Part shown: positions 1 to 7,764 of the stretch, piece by piece | How positions within the stretch are numbered: position 1 is the first letter of the stretch | Layout of the letters: each line of letters begins with the position of its first letter | IMG/VR virus record: IMGVR_UViG_2617270938_000001 | Length of the DNA: 23,613 nucleotides | Direction: 5' to 3' (one strand) | Source: a virus | Lineage: Duplodnaviria > Heunggongvirae > Uroviricota > Caudoviricetes | Position numbers and translations under genes: made by a program | The notes under the pieces: model-generated | Database searches by the model: none | What the model was told of the DNA's origin: nothing | The model's input: only the letters and a program-made list of their open reading frames with translations

Positions 1-119
1 CAGTGTGGTACATGGATATCGATACCACGGCTAAGTACAAATCTGGTGTTACTACCGTAAAAGACTCGGTACGACTGGATCCGTGGGTGTTTATGTTCTC
101 CGCAGGATATCGTTTTTAA
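1..119 (+). CDS. 3' end of host gene for a beta-barrel outer-membrane protein (partial; enters from upstream of the window)
   Basis: Frame 3 is open from base 3 to TAA at 117-119, ending ...DPWVFMFSAGYRF, an aromatic-X-aromatic C-terminus typical of OMP beta-barrels. Lies just outside the int-proximal att region. Confidence 0.45.
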   Translation, partial: VWYMDIDTTAKYKSGVTTVKDSVRLDPWVFMFSAGYRF

Positions 120-123
120 TTTT

Positions 124-177
124 CTCTGCAAAACCTCTGCAAAACCCCTCTGCAAAACTGGTCATCAAATGACCAGT
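124..177. repeat. attL-proximal repeats: three tandem copies of CTCTGCAAAAC (124-134, 135-145, 148-158) followed by inverted repeat CTGGTCAT-caa-ATGACCAG (159-177)
   Basis: Read directly from the sequence. Located between the host gene stop and the int stop, where an attL core or integrase binding sites are expected; the inverted repeat overlaps the last int codons. Confidence 0.5.
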
Positions 178-1295
178 TTTTTCCATTCCTTACCGCGTGC
201 GTCGTTGTAAATATCGGTCATTTTTTGATTCGAATGGCCCAGCAAAATTTTGGTATCAACCCCCTGCTCTCTGAACAATCGCTCTGATAAAGATCTCTGC
301 TCATGGAAAGAGGGTGGGGTGCCATTAGCACGCCAGTTGTAATCCACAGAATCCCGGGCTTTTTTAAATGCAACGGTTAATGTTGCTGGCTTAACCATCC
401 CGCCGCGCTTAGCTGTCCCTTTCGCGTGATGGTGGTGCAATAGCCACGGACTAAGAACGCAATCGCGGCAGGATGACACCACATCATCTAGGGTGAGATT
501 TAATTTATCGCAACGCAGAGCCAGAGGGATGGCAATCCGGGTTCCTGTTTTTTGCTGTTCGACATGAAGATAACCATCCCGGATATCCGAAAATTGCATT
601 TTGCAAATATCTGAAAGGCGCTGGCCTGTCATCAGTGCCAGCAGCATACCGCGCTGTAAAAAGTAACCATCCTTTTCCGCTGCGTTATAAATCATCATCC
701 ACTCATCAAAAGTCAGTCGCTGTCTTGATATCCGCACCTGCGGTTTTTTTGCCGATTCTGCAGGGTTAAAGCCTGGCGGGACATCGCCCGTTTGCTGAGC
801 TTCCCGGAAAACATCGATCAGTACCTTCCTGAAAATTTGTCCCATTCTGTTATGTCCTCTGGCCTTGTACTCTTCCAGTACTGATACCACATCTTTTACG
901 GTTATGGCATCTAACGGTCTGGTGCCAAAACGTTCATCAAATACCCTGAGAGGGGCCGCTTTCTGTTTCAGCGTGTTGAGTTTGATCTCGCCGTTTTCAT
1001 ATCTTTCCTGTTGAATTTTTCTGTAATTATTCAGAAAAATGGTAACGGTTGATGAACCGCCGGTATCACTAATAATTTTCTCCTGCAGACTGAGCATTTG
1101 TTCCATTTGCTGCCGGGCAAGACGGCTGTTCGCTTCTGCTGCAATAGTTTCTGCCAGTTTCTGGTCAATACTGCCGAGACCGTGATTTTTGCCTGTTATG
1201 GGATGCCTGTAACGCCAGTAAACTTTGTTATTTCTTTTGTCAAAATACGGAGATAATCCCGGAACATTGGTTTTATATTTTCGCGGGCGCGCCAT
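165..1295 (-). CDS. int: phage integrase, tyrosine recombinase (lambda Int family)
   Basis: 376-aa ORF. C-terminal region resembles lambda Int as I recall it (RLTFDEW..., GQRLSDICKM, HEQRSLSERL, LLGHSNQKMTDIYNDARGKEW), including the His/Arg and Tyr catalytic motifs. Sits next to the host junction with xis overlapping upstream. Confidence 0.9.
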   Translation of the reverse strand: MARPRKYKTNVPGLSPYFDKRNNKVYWRYRHPITGKNHGLGSIDQKLAETIAAEANSRLARQQMEQMLSLQEKIISDTGGSSTVTIFLNNYRKIQQERYENGEIKLNTLKQKAAPLRVFDERFGTRPLDAITVKDVVSVLEEYKARGHNRMGQIFRKVLIDVFREAQQTGDVPPGFNPAESAKKPQVRISRQRLTFDEWMMIYNAAEKDGYFLQRGMLLALMTGQRLSDICKMQFSDIRDGYLHVEQQKTGTRIAIPLALRCDKLNLTLDDVVSSCRDCVLSPWLLHHHHAKGTAKRGGMVKPATLTVAFKKARDSVDYNWRANGTPPSFHEQRSLSERLFREQGVDTKILLGHSNQKMTDIYNDARGKEWKKLVI

Positions 1296-1521
1296 CTTCC
1301 AGTATCCTCTTCAAAGCAGGGTGATCTGTGGCGATCACCTCCGGCTTGTTTACCATTCCGACAAAGCGAGCTTGCGGATCCACTCGCCAGCGTCTTCCAA
1401 CTTTTTTGGGGAGAGGAAATATCATTCCGGCTTTAGCGTATTTACTTAACGTACTCGGAGTTGGGACCGGTTCACTGAATTCCTCTTTTGCCCACTCAGT
1501 GAGCAGAATAAGTCTTGCCAT
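1273..1521 (-). CDS. xis: excisionase (Xis-like DNA-binding protein)
   Basis: 82-aa basic ORF whose 3' end overlaps the int start by 23 bp, the lambda xis-int arrangement. Contains the FPLPKKVGRRWRV motif similar to lambda Xis. No clear SD upstream, so the start is uncertain. Confidence 0.7.
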   Translation of the reverse strand: MARLILLTEWAKEEFSEPVPTPSTLSKYAKAGMIFPLPKKVGRRWRVDPQARFVGMVNKPEVIATDHPALKRILEDGAPAKI

Positions 1522-1585
1522 GAGCGTCGTTCGCTAATCATGGTCGCCGCCACTATAGCTGGTGGGCAACGACCGGGGTTGAACA

Positions 1586-4057
1586 TTAAAAATCAGCCTG
1601 GTTCGGGATCAGTTTTTGCCAGATAACTGAAACGTATTTTGCCTGGTAACGGGCGTCATCAAGTGCATTATGGCGCTCACCTTCGAATGGAATAGCCGTT
1701 CTGGCATCGAAGTCTATGGCTTTCCCCAGCTCAACGATTGTGCGTACATCGCGATCGTTGTAGTAACGCCACGGGCAGGGGATCCCCTGCCGTTCGTATG
1801 AACGGCGCAAAATCGTGTTGTCGAAGTTGGCTCCATTTCCCCAGACCTGAACAAAAAATTCACCGGAGTTTTCGTCGATAAATTCCCGCAATTGTAACAG
1901 TGCATCATCTAACGGGATTTCATCGGTCATAATGGCAGACTGCGCTTCACGTGATTGCTTCAGCCACCTTTTAATGACGTCACGATCAATGACTCCGCCA
2001 GCAGTTTCCAGATCGATAGTCTTACTAAATTCCGGTCCCATATCTCCGGTTTGCGGATCGAAAAATATTGCACCTATTGAGATAATCGGGGCATCAGGAT
2101 TTTTTCCCATGGTTTCAAGGTCGATCATTAGATGGTCACACGTCCTGCTGGTGGATGTGATAACGTGATGACCGTTCATCGTAATTAAGGGATCTGCCGT
2201 CTCGCCAGTTTCACTATCGCTGGCGTGATCCTGAGCGCTACCAGCATTCTCCTTGTGTGGATGTTCAGCGCCTTCCATTTCCTTCGGATCATTTTCCTGA
2301 ACTTCAACCTGATTCTCTTCATCGAATGTTTCCTGGTATGTTGCGTCACCCATCACCGCGCCACAATCAGGGCAGTTGCCGCCACCGCTTTGACCGCAGG
2401 CGGTGCAGACTTTTTCCGGTTCCTGTTGCGCTACTGGCTCAGGTTGTTTCGTTTCTGGCTCGTTTTGTTGCGTATTTGGGCTGTTTTGTTCCGCTTTCTG
2501 GTCGTTCTGTTCCGATTCTTGCTGGTTCTGGTTTACAGAATCGCGGGTTTCAATCCCCTTTACCCATTTCGGATCATTCGGGTCGCTAATCCCTGCAACA
2601 AATTCTCCGCGAGAGGCAGCAAGCAACTTATCGGCGTCAGGCTGGCTGATATTGGCTGCCTGCATAATTTTGTTTACTTCGTCAGCGGTAACTTTTACCG
2701 GCTCTGGTTGTGCGGTCGTGTCAGATGCACCAGTATTTTGTTGTGAACCTGAGTACGTGCCGTTTTTACGTGCGAAGTATTCCTCTTTTGTGATTTCCGT
2801 AGCTCCCAAGGCTAGTGCTTTTTCCAGACCAGAAAGTTTGTTTGCGCGACCGTATTTTTCGCCATCCTTGTCGGTGAAGAGGAAGTAGAACGGCCCCTCA
2901 CGCTCTACAGATGGTTCGACTTCCACTTTGCATTCGGTTTTTTCGTTGCCCGGAATTGCCGTTTCCACTGCATCAGTTTCTGGTACTGGCGACGAGAGAG
3001 TATCAGTTGCGCTCTGATTTCTTCCTTCATCTTCAAACACGCCCTTTGTAGTCAGGTATTCAGTAATGTATTTGTTCAGTGCCACAGGGTCTTTGTGAAT
3101 GTCGATCGGACGTTCACGGACAAGGCCAAAAATAGTCTGGCGGTCGTAGCGAAGGGCATCAGGCTGTTTGCGCATTGATGCCGAGATACGCTTCCAGTCT
3201 TCGCGGTCGTTGTCGATAACTTCATTTTTTGCCCAGCGATGGATGCTGCCGTCAATGTTTCCGGCATCCACATCACCAGGCCAGAGAGCGTAGGCCAGTT
3301 CGTCATCCAGTGTTTTCCATGTCTGCTTGTATTCGCGATGAATGGCAGCAATGACCGGGCTGATTTTTCCTGTTGAATTTTCACTGTGCTGTTGATTGGT
3401 TCTGGCGCGGGCGAGATCAACAACAGACGTGTATTTTCCGGTTTCCTTGCGTTCACCTTCGCGACGTTTTTTCCAGATGCGCATCTCTGCCTGAATTTCG
3501 GGCCATTTGGCACCAGGCTTACATTTATGCTTAACCCACCCGATGGCATGCAGCTTAAGCTCCGGATACATGGCGTTAACTTCTGGCATTTTCATCAACG
3601 CTTCAACGATATGTCCGTCGAATGTTGCCATGTCTTCCTGCAACAATTCCTGTGCGCTAATAACCATATCAACGGTGATGTTTTCACATGTGTCGAACTT
3701 AACCATGACAGCGTTCTGTACTTCAGGGGCCAGCTTGTCAAAAGTGACGTTCATCGGATCGGATTCAGTCTCAACCGGGACAAAGGAAGCAGACTCCTCA
3801 TCCCAGCGGTTTTCCTGCATATATTCAGCATCCCAGGAATCGAGGGCAGGGCGGGGTATACCGGGTTTATCCTCGCAGACAAGAAATTTATAAGCGCAGT
3901 CCTGAGCAGCCGGATAATGCTCCAGGAATTGCCAGTGAAATTTTGCGCGGGCGCGACGTTCATCACCGGCTTCAATGGCAGTGGCTACAGCGACGGCACC
4001 TTCTTCCTTTATTGCCTGTTCGTCCGGAATGGCGGCGCAAATAAAGACTTTACTCAT
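1586..4057 (-). CDS. exodeoxyribonuclease VIII-like protein with C-terminal DEDDh (DnaQ-like) 3'-5' exonuclease domain
   Basis: 823-aa ORF. C-terminal ~180 aa has exo motifs (MIDLETMG..., WGNGANFDNTIL, HNALDDARYQAKY). Central Cys4 ribbon CTACGQSGGGNCPDCG and a Q/E/P-rich low-complexity linker. GAGG SD upstream of the ATG at 4057. Confidence 0.8.
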   Translation of the reverse strand: MSKVFICAAIPDEQAIKEEGAVAVATAIEAGDERRARAKFHWQFLEHYPAAQDCAYKFLVCEDKPGIPRPALDSWDAEYMQENRWDEESASFVPVETESDPMNVTFDKLAPEVQNAVMVKFDTCENITVDMVISAQELLQEDMATFDGHIVEALMKMPEVNAMYPELKLHAIGWVKHKCKPGAKWPEIQAEMRIWKKRREGERKETGKYTSVVDLARARTNQQHSENSTGKISPVIAAIHREYKQTWKTLDDELAYALWPGDVDAGNIDGSIHRWAKNEVIDNDREDWKRISASMRKQPDALRYDRQTIFGLVRERPIDIHKDPVALNKYITEYLTTKGVFEDEGRNQSATDTLSSPVPETDAVETAIPGNEKTECKVEVEPSVEREGPFYFLFTDKDGEKYGRANKLSGLEKALALGATEITKEEYFARKNGTYSGSQQNTGASDTTAQPEPVKVTADEVNKIMQAANISQPDADKLLAASRGEFVAGISDPNDPKWVKGIETRDSVNQNQQESEQNDQKAEQNSPNTQQNEPETKQPEPVAQQEPEKVCTACGQSGGGNCPDCGAVMGDATYQETFDEENQVEVQENDPKEMEGAEHPHKENAGSAQDHASDSETGETADPLITMNGHHVITSTSRTCDHLMIDLETMGKNPDAPIISIGAIFFDPQTGDMGPEFSKTIDLETAGGVIDRDVIKRWLKQSREAQSAIMTDEIPLDDALLQLREFIDENSGEFFVQVWGNGANFDNTILRRSYERQGIPCPWRYYNDRDVRTIVELGKAIDFDARTAIPFEGERHNALDDARYQAKYVSVIWQKLIPNQADF

Positions 4058-4149
4058 TTTGTTTTACCTCATTACAGATTTAAGGGTGAACAAATCCCTG
4101 CCATTGCTGGCATATAAGAATGAAACCGGATATTTATTACGGAACTGTT

Positions 4150-4341
4150 TTAAAGACCTGCCGGGATTTCGTTATTATCCTGGTGAATAACTTTATCGAC
4201 CGGGTAACAGTTACCGGGAATTTTCTGTTCGGTTGCTGCAGTCACACACTCCTGCATTGTCCTGTGAACACTGACTGCAATATCAACTGGCTCTCCGGAA
4301 ACAAGAAAAACTGTCAGAACAAGTGCAAATGCTGTATTCAT
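4150..4341 (-). CDS. small secreted protein (63 aa, predicted signal peptide), unknown function
   Basis: Start chosen at the internal ATG (MNTAFALVLTVFLVSG...) with AAAGGA upstream; hydrophobic N-terminus then VSG/EP cleavage-like site, two Cys. Its start overlaps the stop of the upstream gene (ATGA). The longer 81-aa start at 4395 is possible. Confidence 0.4.
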   Translation of the reverse strand: MNTAFALVLTVFLVSGEPVDIAVSVHRTMQECVTAATEQKIPGNCYPVDKVIHQDNNEIPAGL

Positions 4342-4526
4342 TGCCAGCATCCTTTTTGTATCGGACGTAAACGGGCCAGCATTGAAAGAATGCATATTTT
4401 ATTTAATAGCTCCCGTTCGTGTTTTCTCTTGTTAATGGCATCTTCAGTAAATACAGGGTTACTGATATTGACACCAATTTCAAAACAACCTTCAGACGTA
4501 TTAACGTTTGGTAATAACGTTTCCAT
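4338..4526 (-). CDS. hypothetical small protein (62 aa), early-left operon
   Basis: ATG preceded by GAGGA at 7 nt (METLLPNVNTSEGCFEIG...); ATGA-coupled to the next gene. The ORF track allows a longer 97-aa form starting at 4631. Confidence 0.4.
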   Translation of the reverse strand: METLLPNVNTSEGCFEIGVNISNPVFTEDAINKRKHERELLNKICILSMLARLRPIQKGCWQ

Positions 4527-5087
4527 TATCGCGTCCTCAACAATGAATTTTGTGATGCGGTGCCTGGTGCCTCCAGGTGACGTTAACCAGTTAACAATTA
4601 ACGCCGGATACAGAGAATCCACCCATAACACTGTTTTTGGTTTTAACTGTTCCGCGTGCGCTCAGCCGCATTCACCACATCACAAAATTCACTTTAAAAA
4701 GGGCGGCAGAGCAGTCACGGAGTAAAACTGATACCGCCAAACGTCACCAGAAAATTGATAACAGAGGGCGTTGCAGCGGGGTTGTCACTTAAGCGTATGG
4801 TCAACCTGACAACCCGGTGTCCTCAACGGGGAAGGAATACCCCCGCCATACTTACCGCCGCGCCATTTCGCGGAGTGCCACAACCGGAAGCGCACGGTCG
4901 ACGAAAATTTAACGACAGGCTATCTATGAACCAACAACTTCGCCGTGTGCTTTCGCGTTATGCCCTGACTTTTCAGGGAAATATCCTTTCAGTAAACTGT
5001 CAGTGCCGGATGCTCACCCGTGTCCGGCGCACGCACTCCACCTCACCCGTGGAGAACTCCTTAATCACCAACCCTCAGGAGGGTGAA

Positions 5088-5363
5088 ATGTCGACTGAAA
5101 ATGATGAAATCATTAACTCCCTGATACGCCAGATTAATAATTTTGATAAAGCATTGCAACATGCTGCGGCGCGTAGTGATATAACTCTTTTAGCAATTTC
5201 ATTTCTTGCATCTGTTATGGATAAAAATGAAGTCGTACGACAGAGTCTTGTTGATTATATCGACTCGCTTCAACCCGGCACTTTCAATCATGAGAGCTTC
5301 AATCATGAGAAAGAGCATGTTAAGTCTGTAATTAATTCTCTTATTTTGAATCAAAAGAATTAA
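5088..5363 (+). CDS. hypothetical protein (91 aa) on the opposite strand inside the leftward operon, AT-rich (moron-like)
   Basis: Strong SD AGGAGGG 4 nt before ATG 5088 (MSTENDEIINSLIRQINNF...). Low-GC segment. The upstream part of ORF 4755..5363 has no SD and looks like run-in. Confidence 0.5.
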   Translation: MSTENDEIINSLIRQINNFDKALQHAAARSDITLLAISFLASVMDKNEVVRQSLVDYIDSLQPGTFNHESFNHEKEHVKSVINSLILNQKN

Positions 5364-5661
5364 TGCTTTTTGTTGCAAAGTAATTTTCAAGGGGTTCTAT
5401 TCGAATCCCTTTCTTTTTCATTAACAAGCCAAACCCCTTATCAATGATGTCCATTAGATCCAGGAAGTATTTTTCATGTAAATCCTGGTTATCAGAGAGC
5501 TGCTTCTCTTCGTACAGCCCGATAAAGGCTCGGCGCACGTTACCGGATATAGTATCGATGGTTTCTTTTTCTATGGTACTCAGGTCAAGAGTCGCCAGTT
5601 GGGAACGAACTATAATCACTGCCATTTCCTGGAATTGCATTGGTAAATCTTTAAATTCCAT
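5341..5661 (-). CDS. hypothetical protein (106 aa)
   Basis: GAGG SD 7 nt upstream of the ATG at 5661; acidic protein MEFKDLPMQFQEM.... Its 3' end overlaps the 3' end of the convergent 5088..5363 gene by 23 bp. Confidence 0.5.
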   Translation of the reverse strand: MEFKDLPMQFQEMAVIIVRSQLATLDLSTIEKETIDTISGNVRRAFIGLYEEKQLSDNQDLHEKYFLDLMDIIDKGFGLLMKKKGIRIEPLENYFATKSINSFDSK

Positions 5662-5683
5662 TATTAGCCTCGTTGGTTAGCTA

Positions 5684-5902
5684 TTAACGTGGGTATGTAA
5701 TCATTCTGGCAATGCTTAATGCCGCTGCTTTTTCCAGCCTGGTGATATCCTGCTCCAGAGCGGACAGATTTTCAGCCTGCTTAGCCCTGGCTTCATTGGC
5801 CCATTTCAGATCCTGCGCTGCATTAATTTTCTGGCGCATCCACTCATAAAGTTCATCATCGGTATAGTCTGGCGCGATGATGACGGGTTCTCGTTTCTGC
5901 AT
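5684..5902 (-). CDS. hypothetical protein (72 aa, predicted helical)
   Basis: GAGGAA SD 7 nt upstream of the ATG; charged heptad-like sequence (...AQDLKWANEARAKQAENLSALEQDITRLEKAAA). Confidence 0.5.
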   Translation of the reverse strand: MQKREPVIIAPDYTDDELYEWMRQKINAAQDLKWANEARAKQAENLSALEQDITRLEKAAALSIARMITYPR

Positions 5903-5931
5903 ACTGATTCCTCGCGGTGCTGCTTCGCTTA

Positions 5932-6060
5932 TCAGCCGTTAGATTTTGCCGAGCTGGAAAGCGCCTGTTTAAACTCACTGAAGCTGAGAGCTTCTTCGCC
6001 TTCGGCAAGGCCTTCGAAGTATTCTTCGTAAGCCTTTTTCATGATTGTGTCGAAATCCAT
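5932..6060 (-). CDS. small acidic protein (42 aa), not in the ORF track (below its size cutoff)
   Basis: Hand-translated: MDFDTIMKKAYEEYFEGLAEGEEALSFSEFKQALSSSAKSNG. GGTGA SD upstream; start lies 1 nt after the stop of the upstream gene (tight coupling). Confidence 0.45.
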   Translation of the reverse strand: MDFDTIMKKAYEEYFEGLAEGEEALSFSEFKQALSSSAKSNG

Positions 6061-6061
6061 A

Positions 6062-6217
6062 TCACTCACCTGAGTTTCTTTCCAGCCAGCGACGGGCACC
6101 ATTTTCGGTTTTAAACGTTTTGCTTTTGGTATACGTCATCGCGGTGAATGTGCCGTCCTGGTTGGGAAACACGCCGTACACCAGAGATTCGTTGTTGCCA
6201 AGATCGATAGTATCCAT
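6062..6217 (-). CDS. small protein (51 aa), first gene of the leftward early operon
   Basis: Internal ATG with GAGG SD 5-6 nt upstream (MDTIDLGNNESLVYGVFPNQDGTF...). The longer 78-aa form (start 6298) has a weaker SD. Position matches small genes next to the repressor in Rac-type prophages. Confidence 0.45.
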   Translation of the reverse strand: MDTIDLGNNESLVYGVFPNQDGTFTAMTYTKSKTFKTENGARRWLERNSGE

Positions 6218-6402
6218 GTTGACCTCATTTCCCCTTAACGCCGGGGTAGCGGAACAAAAACCTGCTGCATAGTTATTAAAGTTGAACCCCGCCGTCATGT
6301 TCTTACGCCTCGGGCTGGCTACTTAACCCCTGACCACTGCCTGGTAACTCGAAGTATTGCCCTGCATTCTGTGGGGCGGGGTGGGTTGGTATGAAAAGAA
6401 GG

Positions 6403-6440
6403 ATACCCATAGGTATTTAAAAAGTAAATACCCATGGGTA
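6403..6440. promoter_or_regulatory. OL-like operator pair: ATACCCATAGGTAT (6403-6416) and TACCCATGGGTA (6429-6440)
   Basis: Two palindromes about 26 bp apart, centre to centre, in the gap between the repressor gene 3' end and the first leftward gene; same motif family as the sites in the cI-cro intergenic region. Confidence 0.6.
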
Positions 6441-6482
6441 ACTTTTTACGGTGTCTTAACTGGTGACTAGTTGTTTGGTGAG

Positions 6483-6902
6483 CTATGATGCGTTTTGTGC
6501 TTTCTTTTTACGGATTTCTTCGTAGATCATATTGTAATACTGTTTTTTCTCTTCAAGAGTTTTTAATAAGTTATCCGCTTCACTTTCTGGCAGTTCGTCT
6601 AAGAGATCTAAAAAAATACGTTGTCGTGGCGTTAGAACCCTTGTTTCATAACTGGAGGCTGTGTTCGTTGATGATGAAACGATACCATCCATCCATCCCC
6701 GGGGTAACCCAAAGGACTCTTCGATAATCTCCACCATATCATCAGCGATCCGTTTTTTTCCCTTTTTCCCCTCTGGGTACAACATTCTTGATACATAAGA
6801 AGGCTCGCGCCCGATCTTTCTGGCCACGTTAACCGCTTTACCATCGCATTTCTCATCACGAATTTTGATGAGTTGCTGTCGTCTAAATTCATATTTGTCC
6901 AT
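6483..6902 (-). CDS. prophage repressor, cI-like HTH protein without a LexA-type peptidase domain (RacR-like)
   Basis: 139-aa ORF with an HTH-like segment (GKAVNVARKIGREPSYVSRML); divergent from a cro-like gene with operators between them. Too short for a C-terminal S24 autocleavage domain. Confidence 0.75.
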   Translation of the reverse strand: MDKYEFRRQQLIKIRDEKCDGKAVNVARKIGREPSYVSRMLYPEGKKGKKRIADDMVEIIEESFGLPRGWMDGIVSSSTNTASSYETRVLTPRQRIFLDLLDELPESEADNLLKTLEEKKQYYNMIYEEIRKKKAQNAS

Positions 6903-6938
6903 AGGTAAATAATAGATGCGATTACTGCAAGGTAAACA

Positions 6939-6978
6939 ACCTGTGGGTATTGACTTTTGTTTACCTATGGGTATTCTT
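6939..6978 (+). promoter_or_regulatory. OR/pR-like region: half-palindromes ACCTGTGGGTAT (6939-6950) and TACCTATGGGTAT (6963-6975) overlapping -35 TTGACT (6950-6955) and -10-like TATTCT (6972-6977)
   Basis: Operator motif shared with 6403-6440. TTGACT with a 16-bp spacer to TATTCT, then SD TAAGGAG (6991-6997) and the cro-like ATG at 7003. Confidence 0.55.
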
Positions 6979-7002
6979 TGCTGTGTTTACTAAGGAGTAG
7001 CT

Positions 7003-7284
7003 ATGGAAGAATTAAGAATATTTCTCAATTCTCTTTCGTCAGATGAACAGCGTATGTTTGCATGCGAGTGTGGTACCAGCATCGGTTATCTAAGAAAGGC
7101 ATTGAGTAAAGGTCAAGTGTTAGGGGCATCGTTATGTGTCCTTATTGAGCGAGCCAGTAATGGTGAAGTTACACGTCAGCAACTAAGGCCTTTTGATTGG
7201 ATGAATATTTGGCCCGAGCTGGAAGATACCAAAATGTTAACACAACCACTTTCTAGGAGCTTGATTCATGAAAATCAAGCATGA
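7003..7284 (+). CDS. Cro/YdaS-like HTH transcriptional regulator
   Basis: 93-aa ORF, first gene rightward of the immunity region, strong SD; HTH-like segment (SIGYLRKALSKGQVLGASL). Followed by a YdaT-like gene, as in Rac. Confidence 0.7.
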   Translation: MEELRIFLNSLSSDEQRMFACECGTSIGYLRKALSKGQVLGASLCVLIERASNGEVTRQQLRPFDWMNIWPELEDTKMLTQPLSRSLIHENQA

Positions 7285-7693
7285 ACACATCCGCATGGCG
7301 ATGAATGCCTGGGCGCATCCGGACGGTGAAAAAGTTCCGGCAGCTGAAATAACCAGGGCTTATTTTGAACTGGGTATGACGTTCCCAGAACTGTATGACG
7401 ACAGCCATCCGGAAGCCCTGGCTCGCAATACCCAGAAAATTTTCCGCTGGGTAGAGAAAGACACCCCTGATGCAGTTGAAAAAATTCAGGCGTTGTTACC
7501 AGCTATCGAAAAAGCAATGCCACCTCTGCTGGTGGCCCGAATGCGCAGCCATAGCTCAGCCTATTTTCGGGAACTAGTGGAGACGCGGGAACGACTGGTG
7601 AGAGACGCTGATGATTTTGTCGCAGTGGCGATCGCTGGTTTCAACCAGATGAATCGTGGTGGCCCTGCAGGAAATATTGTGGCTGTGCATTGA
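7268..7693 (+). CDS. YdaT-family protein (partner of the YdaS-like regulator)
   Basis: 141 aa beginning MKIKHEHI..., the N-terminus I recall for E. coli Rac YdaT; overlaps the cro-like gene 3' end. Confidence 0.65.
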   Translation: MKIKHEHIRMAMNAWAHPDGEKVPAAEITRAYFELGMTFPELYDDSHPEALARNTQKIFRWVEKDTPDAVEKIQALLPAIEKAMPPLLVARMRSHSSAYFRELVETRERLVRDADDFVAVAIAGFNQMNRGGPAGNIVAVH

Positions 7694-7764
7694 CTCGCAA
7701 TATTCATACCGGATCACTTCCGGCAATTTGTGAGTAAAAAGATTCGGTATCAAAAGAGGTGAGT

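Noticed and set aside
1225-1537. Plus-strand ORFs of 74 and 69 aa
   Set aside because: Antisense to the int/xis overlap region; no SD and implausible composition.
2225-2888. Cluster of plus-strand ORFs (173, 110 and 161 aa) with F/L/C-rich products
   Set aside because: Antisense to the low-complexity Q/E/P linker of the ExoVIII-like gene; their composition is what that repeat produces on the opposite strand.
4120-4725. 201-aa ORF on the plus strand
   Set aside because: Overlaps two better-supported minus-strand genes that have SDs and coupling; Cys/His-rich nonsense-like composition and no SD.
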